A DNA stretch of 48,564 nt, filler included, from Catajapyx aquilonaris (GCA_000934665.2; 2 parts of 2 records of this genome joined end to end with filler, not necessarily neighbours in it); one strand, 5' to 3'; shown: positions 14,101-25,959, counted from the first letter of the whole stretch. Translations and numbers: made by a program. Notes: generated by a model not told the origin, from the sequence alone.

Positions 14101-15609
14101 CAAATACTCCTGGCTGCTGTCACATGTGGTAAAGCAGCCTATCTGCCAAGTGCCTGGCTGGCTTTCACATGCGTCATGTCTGGCCCAAGACTCGTCCATA
14201 TATAGGGTGATTCATGGTCCAGCCACTGCTCCATTGACAAATGGATGCTTCCGACGATGAAAAAATATTTTTGCCCGGAAAAGCTTCAATGACCCTGGCT
14301 GCCCTTTGAATTATGCAGCGAGAGAGGGCGGATGGGAGGGGAAATGATGGGGAAGTGAAAGGAGATGATGACTGTGGGCGGGTTGAAGCAGCAAGGCCGC
14401 CAGATCGATTCAACCAAAGACGCTCCTGCTGCATCCAACTAGCCAAGGCCTGCGTCACCACTTTTCCTCTCTTGCATTTCTCTCATCATCTAATGATTTC
14501 TCACTGACGCCCATTTGTCCCCGCACTGGCCTCTCCCTGCTGGCCTTCAAGCCCACACCCTCCCCAGCCCACAGGTCATCCTGCACCTTGGTAACACCAG
14601 TATGAAATCCCTTGGCTCGGATCCATGACGTCGCCTGGCAACCCATCCAGATAGATCAATCGTCTCCTGGGATTTGCCGGAATACTCCTTCCGCTCCCTT
14701 GCACTCCACTTTGCTTGTCGGAGTTACCCCTGCTCACTTCAATCAACAAAGGTTGTCCACAAGCACGCTCAACTTGGATTCCATAATTCCTCTCGTTCGA
14801 GGCTTCGTTCCCAGTCATGTTGGTTTGCATAAATTAGTATTTGACACTGGATCCATGCCTGATGATTACAGGCCTATTCATGCGGAAAGTTAATTTTCCA
14901 CTGCCATCCCGCCCAGCCTGGCTCAAACCTGCTTTCAAATATACACTCGGTACATCATTTTCTCATGTGCCTGCTGCCGCGATAAATCAAACAATATCTC
15001 AGGTTGCTGTCCTCAATTTTTAAATTGCCGCCTGGCATGGCATGGCACACACAAATTATGCAGCCAACGTTTCAAGAAGACAAGGGCACGTTACTCAAAA
15101 AGCTGTTATCGTTCTGCCTACTTGGAATTGGATGTCCTGCTTAAGTCATACTTCATTTAGAAGGTAGCAACAAAAAAATCGGGTGGGTTTTAATCCATAG
15201 AAACTGCCCAGATTTGCCTTCAGAAAAAACCACAGTAACAGCCACGTAACAGCCAAACGAAGAGCGTCAGGTTAGTTTCTATGTCATGTACGTCAAGTGT
15301 GAACATGATCCAAAAATCCCAAGATAACAACATAAGCCCCAGTCAACTGCATCTTCATCCCAGCTTCCAAACTTCAACCAAAAAGTAGACTGAGAAACCT
15401 GGTACTGGAATGCATATAACTACAAGCCTGCATCCTGGCCTGTACATTACAGAGCCATAGGTATTTACACATTCAGCCCAGGTAGTATGTTCTGCTTTCA
15501 AGTAGTCTAACCAACACCAAGGAGATCCCATGCAAAAAAATAAAAACTCAGGAGCACATGATTTACTGTAAATGCTATTTTAATCCAAGCATCGATTCAT
15601 GCATATGAT

Positions 15610-18600
15610 TCTTGCCTGTTAGCGCCAAAGATTTTATTCACAGCAGGTTCCAGCTAAAGTGATGCAGTCTTTCAATAAAGAATATCATTCCCTGCTGGTG
15701 GCAACTCAAGCACGTGGTAGAAGAAGACAGGAAGTTGAAGGACCAAAGTAAGGTGGGTGAAGTTGGATGCATGCCTGCAGAGGGTATAGAACATGTTTTT
15801 ACATTTTACTGGAAACATTTTACATTGTAAAGGAACCAAAAGACACTTACCATTAAAATTGTGTGAACTTCATGAGTCTCGAAGGTGCATCTTTCTGCAA
15901 ATATAAATATCAGACATTAATTAAAAATAAAACACCCTTGTGAGACACTGCACTCATTAAAGACACCTGAAACTGCTGATACATGCTGTGGATGTTAGTC
16001 TGCCAACCCAGGTCAATATACTCAAAATAAGCAGATTAGTGTGTGTGCATAGCTGTGAATCTCAATTAACAAATCAATGAATTTTGAATTTTGAAATTTT
16101 TTTTATCCTATCAAAAGTCGATGAACCATACTCACATAGTATGTTTGCCTTTACTTAGCCAGTGCTTACAATAACCAACGATGGGAATCCTACACCAAGG
16201 ATAATTATAGTTCCACTTGGTAAGTGGACTGACATGGAACTATTTTTAAAATACAGGCTGTTACACTTAAGCATCACCTGCAACTCACACTAATAATGGA
16301 GGCTACGCAAGCGTAAGTGACATGTTCAATTATTTAATACCTGCTGTAGCATTGCATGTGGCTGCTTTCATGTTAAATTACATTGTACAACAGACTACCA
16401 CAATAAATAAATAACACAATTATATGCATATGGAATAAGTAGCCCTACAGAGGTCATGCAGGACTGTAGTCGTCCTCTTCAGCACAATGACATATTCCAA
16501 CACTACTTCATAACGTTTCCTGATATTTGTGACTTAGCTGCACATCAGGGCATGATAGATTCATGAATCCCTAACCCATATTTGCTGCATGTAACTGCTC
16601 AGGCAGGAAAAACCAGACAAGGAAGTGGGAAATAATATCTACAACTGAATTTCAACCATTGTAAACAGCCACTTTATATACTGCATTCGAACATTATTCA
16701 AAATGACACTGTTACACAGTCTGCAAACATTTTATACCATTTCTCCCCACCTTCTTGTCAAGGCTACCCTACATACACTACCAACTATGATGAGAGATGC
16801 AATGAGTCTCAAATTGGGCTTCATGAAGGCTACTTCTCAATTGATCATTCCAACCATATGTGAAATAGCCTCAACATACTGTCACTCAACCCAAGAGTTA
16901 GCACACAGCAATAACAAAAATTAACTTACCAAAGTTTAGCCTAATGCTGGAATTCTTGCATTACCACTATGTGTAAATAATTCTTTGAAAGGGTATCCAT
17001 AACTTTGGCATGTGCTCTGTGCTTACTACGTAAAATATGTAATCACTTCCACGAAACCATGAACTACAACAGCACAATATTGGTAATCCGAGGTTCCACG
17101 CAAGCAGTTAAGTCGGCTCACACTCATTTCGTTCCATACCAATGTGAGCAGAACCAGGCGTGAGTAGTATATGGGGAAATCTGACAGATGTCACTGGGGA
17201 GCTGGTTGAGGATTAGCAATGGAGAAGAGTCCTAGGGTCAGGGGGAAGTTGAGGAGAGTTGAAGGGAGGGGATGCAGAGTATTGGAGGGTAGAAGAGTTG
17301 GCAACTTGCCAACACCTGGTATTACCCACTCCTGCTCCCATTTACAGGGAACTAGATGACTCCAGTTCAGTCACATGCCTGCCTATATCCCTGGTGTGGA
17401 CTGGTTAAGAATTACCATTCATATGACACCTCTGAATGGTGTTACCCATGTAGGTGTGTCTTACGATAGTGCAGTGTAACTATCTACAACAGACCCTGGA
17501 CACTGCAGAAACTTGTCATACGATACCAGAATTTGTGATCCTGGCAGGTGATTTTTGTCATGTATAACAGTTCAGTGAGGAATATTTTTGCAGACATAGT
17601 GATTCCACTATTTTTCATGCCTGAAAACTGGATCTCCTACTCCAGGGTTATTATAACACATCAGCAAATGTACTAAAATCATTCCATTGCATTTTTAAAT
17701 ACACTTACAGTACACTGATCTAGTCCCACCTGAAAATTTGGTTTTGCACTATTTTCTAACACCAATCGAGGCTGCCAATTTATATTTATATTAACTATTT
17801 TATTCCTTGACATTCTCCTCAACATACACATATACTGAGTCTCCACCTGGACAGAACAGTGGGGTACACAGGCTCTGACAACCCTGAGAACTATGTCAAT
17901 TGCAGCTTAGCTATGGGTAGGACTTCCCTAGGCAGACAGGTCTTTGTGGAGTGCGAGTCAGATGAAGATACTTCCTCCCCATCCTCCAGTCTCCCTCTCC
18001 CTTCTTCCTCATAGATTCTTAGATGCATTGGCTACTTCTACAAAAAATAACTTAGCAATCCAATGTTACTGTGTATGCAGCTTTTGCCAGTTTCGTCCTG
18101 CACATGCCATCTACCTCGCTTCTGGCTTCATAAGCGAATTTCCTCTCTTAATTTCAAACCAATCTTAATTTTTACATGCTGCATGGTCTTAACCTGCTTT
18201 GGCTACTCCAATAAACATCTAATTTTTACAGTAAGATACTGTTGGTAAAAGGAATGCTAAGTTATTAATTCATTAAAGGGTGCCATTTTAATACTTTTCA
18301 CATCAGTGCAGCTTGGACAGTGAACCTGGATCACCTAGTGGAGACAGCTAGAACACTCGGATGCTACATTTATTGGCCATCATGCTAGCCTGTATAAATT
18401 CTGGCAGGCTTTCTGCCTGAATATCTGGAACTCTATTCTGCGATTGTCGAGCAGCTTATGCTAGCAAGCAGCGACGTAGAAGCGAACGACTTGGAATGAC
18501 TGCAGATGCATCTGGTTGGCTAGACAGCGAAGGTAGGCATGGCCAGGCCTACCTTCCTCCTGTCTGGTCAACCAATTGCAGCCATAAGAATTCTGGGCCG

Positions 18601-19570
18601 CTCACTCCTTTGTCAGTTTGATGTTGTACTCGCCAGCATGTGCCCCTCGACAACCCCAGAAAACAGGTTCTGGTCACCACCTGAAACAGTTACATAGTTA
18701 CATTACGAGTATATCTAGTTTTATCAGTTGCTACATGGTCATCTCAAATCGGGCCATACCGCAGTACTAGCTGTAGGTTCGGGAAAACCTAGTTTATCAA
18801 GTCAGCATTACATGCAACCTGGTGCTTAGCATATGTGGGCCTATGAACTCATATTTCCCATCAGCAGCCGCACATGCCGTAGCAGGACAGTCAAGGAGCA
18901 CCACATGGCGACGATTGCTACTCAGTTCGAGGCTGCAACAGATATATATTACAGTAGTGTCTGGCCCTCTCTGCCTGCAAAACACCAACAGCCCAAGCTC
19001 TGAAGTAGCAAAAAAAGGTACAGCAAGCAGGGTCGAAAGAAGTGACAGCAGTACAAACTGGTCATCATTTGAAGCAATTCAGTTGAGCACTCCTTAACTG
19101 CGCCTCATCCACTACCTCCGACCCTGCCCCTAGGCCAGCCAGCCCTGCCCTGCCTGCCCCTGTTGCGATCATCAGACAGCCTCTTGAAAGAAGTCACCCA
19201 CCTATATTCCCGCTGTCAAGCACCCACTCACAGGCTGCCCGCGGTGGTGGCGGCGGCGGCGACCCCACGGCGCACTCCGGATGGTCGGGAAGGGAGACCG
19301 GACGATGTCCTTCCGATCAACGAGTATGAACCCAAATCATGATAGCTCCTGCGATGAGTCTGGACAGCGAGATAGCGGGTTAGGAGGCAGGCGGGCAGAC
19401 ACCGTTTTTCATCCCGGAAAATAATATCCGACGGGCCGTCCACCGCTCGCAAGTCGGCGGCGACGTAGCCGTCATCTTGCGGGCACAAACAAAACTCCTC
19501 TCTTCAAGAGACCCAGGAATACCAACCAGGTGTAGTCACATAAGCGGCCATGTTTGATGCAGGCGTACTG
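15610..19570 (-). ncRNA. Candidate spliced, polyadenylated long non-coding RNA (exons approx. 19570-19232, 18680-18553, 17729-17709, 16966-16930, 15894-15851, 15774-15610)
   Basis: Minus-strand donors GTGAGT (19231), AAG|GTAGGC (18552), GTAAGT (17708, 16929, 15850), GTGAGT (16135). Acceptors TTTCAG (18681, 17730), TTGCAG (15895), CTGCAG (15775). AATAAA at 15638-15633. CpG-rich first exon; only very short ORFs. Start and end are approximate. Confidence 0.55.
18914..19078 (-). ncRNA. Candidate intronic box C/D RNA (orphan)
   Basis: Box C ATGATGA (19068-19062), box D CTGA (18925-18922), terminal stem ATTGCTTC/GTAGCAAT (7/8 pairs) with canonical 2-nt spacing. No target recognised. Confidence 0.3.
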
Positions 19571-19720
19571 CTCCCACCAGTTTCAAACTGGGAATTATGA
19601 AGTGTATGTGGCCACACCGGTAATCATGCTGTAATCCCACAAAATGTGTTACCATTTTTACAGTTATGGCTGGTTGGCATTGTGTATGCTAGCCATCTTC
19701 GAAGACGTCTCGCCGCCACC
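19230..19720 (-). promoter_or_regulatory. CpG-rich promoter-like region with YY1/Pho-like motifs
   Basis: High CpG density. Minus-strand AACATGGCCGC (~19544-19554), AAGATGGC (~19692-19699) and AAGATGACGGC (~19468-19478) resemble the YY1 consensus found near housekeeping TSSs. Confidence 0.45.
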
Positions 19721-19945
19721 AGCAGGTGAAGCTTTGCAGGTTCAGTGAAAGATAAGGTCTCTCCCAATTTTTATTATTATTTATTTTATTTTATTATTAT
19801 GCGGCAGATGAAATCAATACTGGATCAGCCAACTGGAACGTCACATTGTACAGGTGCATTTGGCAACAAGGAGACGGCAGGGGGAAAATTTACAGCATAA
19901 TATTGACGGGTGAGGTATAATGTTGCATTTTTGTGGATAGTTTTA

Positions 19946-20270
19946 CGAGGGGAATCAAAAAGTATGGACTACTCTTTTATTTCACTACTAAAACTGATAG
20001 ATACATATGATAGGGCAAGTCTTCCTCTATCAGTCACTATACATGGTGCTGTCCCAGCGGGACACTAGTTTTTCCATGTCACTTCAGAACAAAGCGTCGA
20101 GCTGGCCTCTTTGTCGCTGAAGTGCTGACCTACCTGACCGACCAGGTGCTTCTTCAGTGGTACGAAATGATGGTCTTTACCTTGGTCTACCGTCTACCCT
20201 ATCTTTGGACCAAGAAAGAAACACTGGCTTGCTAAGACTTCAGCGACATAGAGGAAGTGAAAGAGGTTAA
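19946..20270. mobile_element. Decayed mariner remnant
   Basis: TA-CGAGGGGAATCAAAAAGT terminus; mariner C-terminal FGP.KKH...F...EEVK remnants on both strands. Confidence 0.65.
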
Positions 20271-20291
20271 TAATATATTACAGTTAATATA

Positions 20292-20467
20292 CAGTTAAAT
20301 TCGGATATAACAGCCTCGGATGATACAGACTTTAGGTGATAACGGACTCGAAAGGCCGGACCCGGCAAACTTCCATATATGGATTTTTTATTCGGCTATA
20401 ACAGACCCTGGTTATAACCAACTGATTTCCTCGGTCGCTTGAAGTCTGTTATATCCGGATTCAGCTG
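20292..20467. mobile_element. Pogo/Tigger-like MITE
   Basis: TA-flanked CAGTTAAATTCGGATATAAC ... GTTATATCCGGATTCAGCTG with internal G(A/C/T)TATAAC repeats. Confidence 0.8.
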
Positions 20468-20856
20468 TAGTTATAATACTCTTTGATGTTGACATTCTGT
20501 GAAACTTTTACTTCTGTGGTTTTTGGCGATGCATGGATAATCCGCAACACGGATAATCAGGAGTTTGTGCAGTAAAATAGGGCACCTGCTGGATCAGGGC
20601 ACAACAAGAAACACAAAAACAACAGGGCAAAATCTCACAATGCACCCCACATACTTGGAACACCCTCTACGTGTACGTACAGGACATAATTGATCTATCC
20701 AAATTGGAAAAATCACCTTCACTTAGTGAATGAGGTTGTATAAAATCATAGCGATGTGTGAAAAGAGGGAAGCTTGTGAACACTTCAATAATTACTCAAG
20801 CTGAACTTGGGATGTGCCCAAGCACTCCGATACGGTATTATTAGGTGGGTAATAAA

Positions 20857-21245
20857 TACAGAGTCATCGAACAAAAATGTTCGGATTTTAAAAACCTATA
20901 ACTCGAAAAATTCTAAGAAGTGTTTACAGTTTTGGTCTCACGACTCTCACCATAGTTTGTTTCGTTATGAGCTCCATGTAAATACGGCGATCGGTGTCGT
21001 GCCTGACCCGGTCAGGCATGTCTGGAGTCACCATTGTGATCTTATCCCGTAGGTGTTGGTCTGCCGGATATTTTCACTACACTTGTATCTCCACACAAAA
21101 AAGTCCATCTGGATATAAGATCTGGGCTCCTGGTGGGACTAGGCATTGGGAAACTTCTCATTAAAGACTTCGCACACTGGGTGAACAAATGAAACTTTTC
21201 TATGGCAGGTTTGTTTCATGGATGAGGCGACTTTTTATGTGTAGG
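20857..21245 (-). mobile_element. Decayed Tc1/mariner fragment
   Basis: Frameshifted P.RSPDL..DFF.W motif on minus at ~21085-21137; TA-CAG terminus. Confidence 0.55.
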
Positions 21246-22274
21246 CCCTATCATCAAGAACCAGGGGTCCTTCCACGTGAAATCATCACGAGGTGTGCTC
21301 GTGAATTTTAGATTTCCAACATAATTTTGCAGGGAGATAATAAACCTATCCCTATATACACTCTAGATTTCCCAAGTATTTTGCTTCGCTGTCCTCAAGG
21401 TCATGAGAGGTGAGGGGATATGTCCTGGGAGGGGGGGGGGGGGGGCAAATTGCAACTTTCAAACCGAGCCACTTTCAGAATCGACGAATACCAATCAAAA
21501 AAACTACGCGTCGCGTAGTAGCGACTCTTTTCGTGTAACACTCGTTTCAGACCAAATATAGAAAGTAGAATTTGAAAATGTATTATTGTAATCACTTATG
21601 CGATATACCGTTGTGTAATGAGTTACAGCCTCCGCAATGTGTGTATTTTTGTCAAAATTTGCTCTCTTTCGGAATTCTTTACTGCCATACTATTGTATTA
21701 ATTTGCAAATATTATATACCTTGTCGGAGATATGTCGATGTACCTGATCTCTCGTAAATTATTTAGCGTTGTACAATATACTTATAAACTCGGAGAAATT
21801 AACATCACATTTTGAAGAAACCTCATTTTGGCAGTTATTGACGCCCAAAAAAAGGTATGTGGGACAACGACTAAAAATCAGGAAGTGAGTTATTCGGAAA
21901 GTCCAAAACGTGGGCCAACGATAGACACAATTCGTGTCTTTTGCTCCTCATCTTCGTCCACACTACGACTGGGTGTACGGCAACTACGTGAACGGCCTGA
22001 CGCCTGAGGAATGAGGATAGCCAACGGAGACAGTCACCGGGTGCTCAGTTCCACTGCGGAGACCACGTACAATTAGGCCGAAGGTGGGGGCGTGGTCATA
22101 CCCACTGGTTACTCCAGTCTGGTCCAGAGGATGGCTAATGAGCCAACTGCATCTTCTTCGACGCACCTGTCAACTCGGTACAATGGAACGGAGATGGGAT
22201 CGAGGTCAAGTACGGGTCAAGTGTCATAAGGACAAAGGCAGCCATCGTCACGGTCGATTAGGCATACTGTACAT

Positions 22275-22445
22275 TCCAATCAATCGAACGATCGATCAAT
22301 AACCCCAGTAATTAGTGATCAATCAATACATCGATCAACTTTCAGATAATTATCTGAAATAATCAATCACTGGCTTGTGCAGTTAATTACTTGCTCGATT
22401 GATTGATCAACTAATCAATCAATCCAATTCAATACAATCAATTCA
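22275..22445. repeat. Degenerate ATCA/ATCG simple repeat
   Basis: Repeated CAATCAATCGA / GATCAA units. Confidence 0.7.
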
Positions 22446-22562
22446 TTTTACCCAGTCATGTTTTACATTCCCATCTCCCCACCGCAAGTATGTACAGGAT
22501 GGTATGGCACAAAAAGGCCTGAGAAATGTTCAAATGAAGGTACAAAAACATGTCATGTAGAT

Positions 22563-23447
22563 GGGTCATTCCATGCTAATCCTGTAAATGATGGTGGCTC
22601 GACCCCTTCCGATATATAACTGAAAAAATCATGTAGGTAGGTATCCACACCTTCTTACGAAATCCTAAATTTGAGGCCGCTGGAGTCAAATCTCACGGAG
22701 ATATAACAATGGAAAGTTCAACAATGACGTCCATGTCAAGTATTTTTAACTGTTCAGACTGTTCTCCCAACACCAGCATGTTACATATCAAATGGAAGGT
22801 AATCCCGAGAAGAATAACATGGTTACAAAATATTTGACCTAACTCGAAAAACGAAGTCGAAAAACAATTCGCACATATATGCTGTACAAATCACTCTACA
22901 TTCCTGATAGCCGTAACTCATAACATTATGATTTTAACAAAGTGATATGTAGGATACAAGGTAATCAGCTTTGCCTAAACGGACATGCAAAACCTCATTG
23001 TGATAGGTCAAGCAGGGTTGGAAATAAAAAATCCCGAAAATATGAATTACCGCATTTTGCCGATTTTCGAGCTCCAGGTAGGACTGGACCGATTTGGACT
23101 TTTGGTATGTCAATCGATTCCTTGGATCATCCCCTATTCAGAAATGCATAAACCATTCTTTACCCGTGAGCAATAATTCATTCGCGAATTTTCAAACGTA
23201 TGGGTGCATAAGGCGGTGCACGGAATCATACACCCATGCGTTTGAAAATTCTCTGAAAAATACTTGACATGGACGTCATTGTTGAACTTTCCATTGTTAT
23301 ATCTCCGTGAGATTTGACTCCAGCGGCCTCAAATTTAGGATTTCGCAATAAGGTGTGGATACCTACCTACATGATTTTTTCAGTTACATCGGAAGGGGTC
23401 GAGCCACAACTTTTCAGAAAATTTATAGAATTGAGATGGAATGACCC
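22563..23447. mobile_element. MITE with long TIRs, GGG termini and 4-bp TSD (Sola2-like)
   Basis: GGGTCATTCCAT...ATGGAATGACCC; near-perfect inverted arms ~22595-22746 / ~23259-23407; TSD AGAT. Confidence 0.88.
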
Positions 23448-24231
23448 AGATAATAATATTTACTATCAGTAACGCAAGTCAACTAAACATAACAATGTCC
23501 AAAATATAATTAACTGCTAAATGGTAATCATCACAGTCCATGAAATGCTCCTATGAGTTATCCCTAATACGTAAGACGGGCGTATCATATGCTGATACGC
23601 TGGCTTTAAAAAATTCTGCTGGCGAAACTACAGTCTTCTCACTATGTAACGTAGTTTCTGTGTGGCTTTTTTAAATTTTCTCTCGCGTAAAAAATCGCGA
23701 ATTTTGGACTACAAAATCTTGCATAAATCAACCAGATTAACCAGATTAACTTGAATGACATCATCTTTTTGCGGCCCATGAAAAAAGCTCCCTAAAAATT
23801 ATCATGTAGGCCGGCAAATTTTGGCATACAGAGTTGCCCCCAAACCTCCTCGAGAGTTCCACCCTAAAATTAGTGCAAAAGATAATTCAATAGTTTTAAA
23901 ATAAATAAACAATGTTCGTAAATGACAATTATAGCGGCTAGCGGGCCACTGCGCAACTCTCGCCCGGCCTCCGCCAGGATGGAGGGGCGCATGCCCCACG
24001 GGGTTTTTGAACAGCTGTGGCGCAAGGGAGGTTCACACTCGGGTGGGGGTTGTATGTTTGTCTCTCATGTTGGTATGCCTGTCCTGTGACGTATTATTCA
24101 TGCATACTGGTATGTTCAGTAGCGCCAGCACGACACATCTAATATATATAAAGCCCCAATCCGAGGAGGATATAGGATGGAAAAGATCTCCCACTTCCCG
24201 AGGTCGTACAGACCTCGGACTTACGCCGTTG

Positions 24232-24331
24232 NNNNNNNNNNNNNNNNNNNNNNNNNNNNNNNNNNNNNNNNNNNNTTAATTAATTAANNNNNNNNNNNNN
24301 NNNNNNNNNNNNNNNNNNNNNNNNNNNNNNN
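24232..24331. other. Assembly gap with artificial TTAATTAATTAA spacer
   Basis: N runs flanking an all-frame stop linker; 100 bp total. Confidence 0.97.
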
Positions 24332-24422
24332 AATTAAAAAAAAAAAAAAAAAAAAAAATCAGTGTATTTCATAATTAAATAAGCGTAATAGTTGGCCGGC
24401 AGTATTCCAATTTCGAGTTTTA

Positions 24423-24427
24423 ATAAC

Positions 24428-24458
<31 letters not shown>

Positions 24459-25402
24459 TTCATACCCCGTTATCAGCCTTTTTCGGCTCTTTAGGGGGGA
24501 AGTTTTTCTTTTGCCTGGAACTCTTTGCTTTAATTTTACTTTACTTTTTGGCATGGGATAGGGACGGACGGAAGCGGCTGTGGCCTGTTAATGGGGAACT
24601 AGCCTTGGTCTGGGATTTGGGATTTTTGTTCATAACTAGCTAGCCCATGCCTGTAAACATACATTCCATCACTCTGTTGCATCAAAATGACATTACTGGA
24701 TAAATTACGGCACATTTAAAAGTGCCTTCAAAATTGGCGGGAAAAACGCTGGAGCCAATCGAAAGGGTACACTGAAATGCCTGGTTGACTGCGAGATATG
24801 AGGAATTTGACTTTGAATTAACCGCGGACACGACGGAAAGCATTCGCAAGGCGGCTGTAGGCCATCGAGGTGGAGAAAGGGGGCCTTCATGTGCCGAATT
24901 CGGGTGACAGATGATTCCTGCCAGTTGGCACCCCTGCCAGCCCCTAAGCTGATTGAGCGGCGTGAAGTAAAAACGCGCCCCGGCCGCTATCTTGCTCATG
25001 GAATGGGACGGTTGTTAACCACAGCGAAGCATTTTACAACAATGACGGGGCGCGTTCTATAACATCATTTTTGCGTTCATTTCACTTCGCGTGACGTCAA
25101 CATTTTCTAGGGAAACAGTGACGTCACCATTTCCCTACATAAAAACCCCAATTACTCCGGAACTAAAGCTGATATCTTAAAACGGAATATGCCAAAAAAA
25201 TCCCAAAAATATGGGCGAATTTATTATGTAGTTTCCAAAATGAAGGCTACTTCCCCATTACAGAAGCAATTCCGGAATTTTCCGGGAAGGACCGTGGGAA
25301 ACCACAGAAAACCACGGTCAGAGTTGCCGGCCCCGGGATTTGATCCCAGGACCTCCCGATTAGCAGTCGGACACCGTATCCCCTACTCCAAACTGCTTCG
25401 GT
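24423..25402 (-). mobile_element. SINE family A pieces: tail/body ~24423-24610 and head ~25262-25402, separated by unrelated sequence
   Basis: Both pieces align by eye to the 1826-2175 copy; (AAT)n tract at the tail end. Confidence 0.7.
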
Positions 25403-25959
25403 TATTTCGAGTTTTAAGGATGTCTTTTTGGAAATTAATATAGGGACTTCTAGAGTAAAATTATTCGCAACACATTCATAGTGTTTTTCATGAATGGGTA
25501 AATATAGCTGTTATTATTTGTAAAATATCTTGTCTTAATCTTCAGAGTAGGCGTAAGCGAAAATCTCGGCATTTTCTCCCTGTCTGGTAGCAAAGGGGTT
25601 AATTAATCCACTTTAGCATTGAATACTACCCATTATTCCTGGGTCTATTTCATTTCCTTCCTTACCCATTTATTCCAAGTTGTTTCATTTGTATTAATTC
25701 CATTCACTCCCATTTTGGCCTATTAATATCAATAATATGTCAGTTTATCAGTGAATACTATTCCCATACTATTCTTTTAAATGTCCAAGATTGAATTTAT
25801 TTGTGAATTAATTCCATTATGAACTGAATGGTGCCGATCACCACTTGAAAGAGTGAAGGGGGCCTAACTCTTCTTACGCTTTGCAGGGGTATGATGCAGT
25901 TTTGAGGGTACTCAGGCGAGAAGTTGTAATTTTTAGCCTATCCTGTTGCATTACACAGA

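Noticed and set aside
3215..14893. Numerous 60-146 aa six-frame ORFs
   Set aside because: No recognisable domains, mostly non-ATG starts, overlapping on both strands; consistent with chance.
17835..17990. RNase P/MRP-like motifs on minus (GGGAAGTCC ... GGAGACTCA)
   Set aside because: Spacing is too short and the other conserved regions are absent.
18241..18253. TTGGTAAAAGG, complementary to U5 loop I
   Set aside because: On the opposite strand to the host and not followed by a D box.
19665..19725. BCKDHA exon 1 (YASHLRRRLAATSR looks like a presequence)
   Set aside because: No in-frame ATG before an upstream TGA.
24277..24288. TTAATTAATTAA palindrome
   Set aside because: Artificial scaffold spacer inside N runs.
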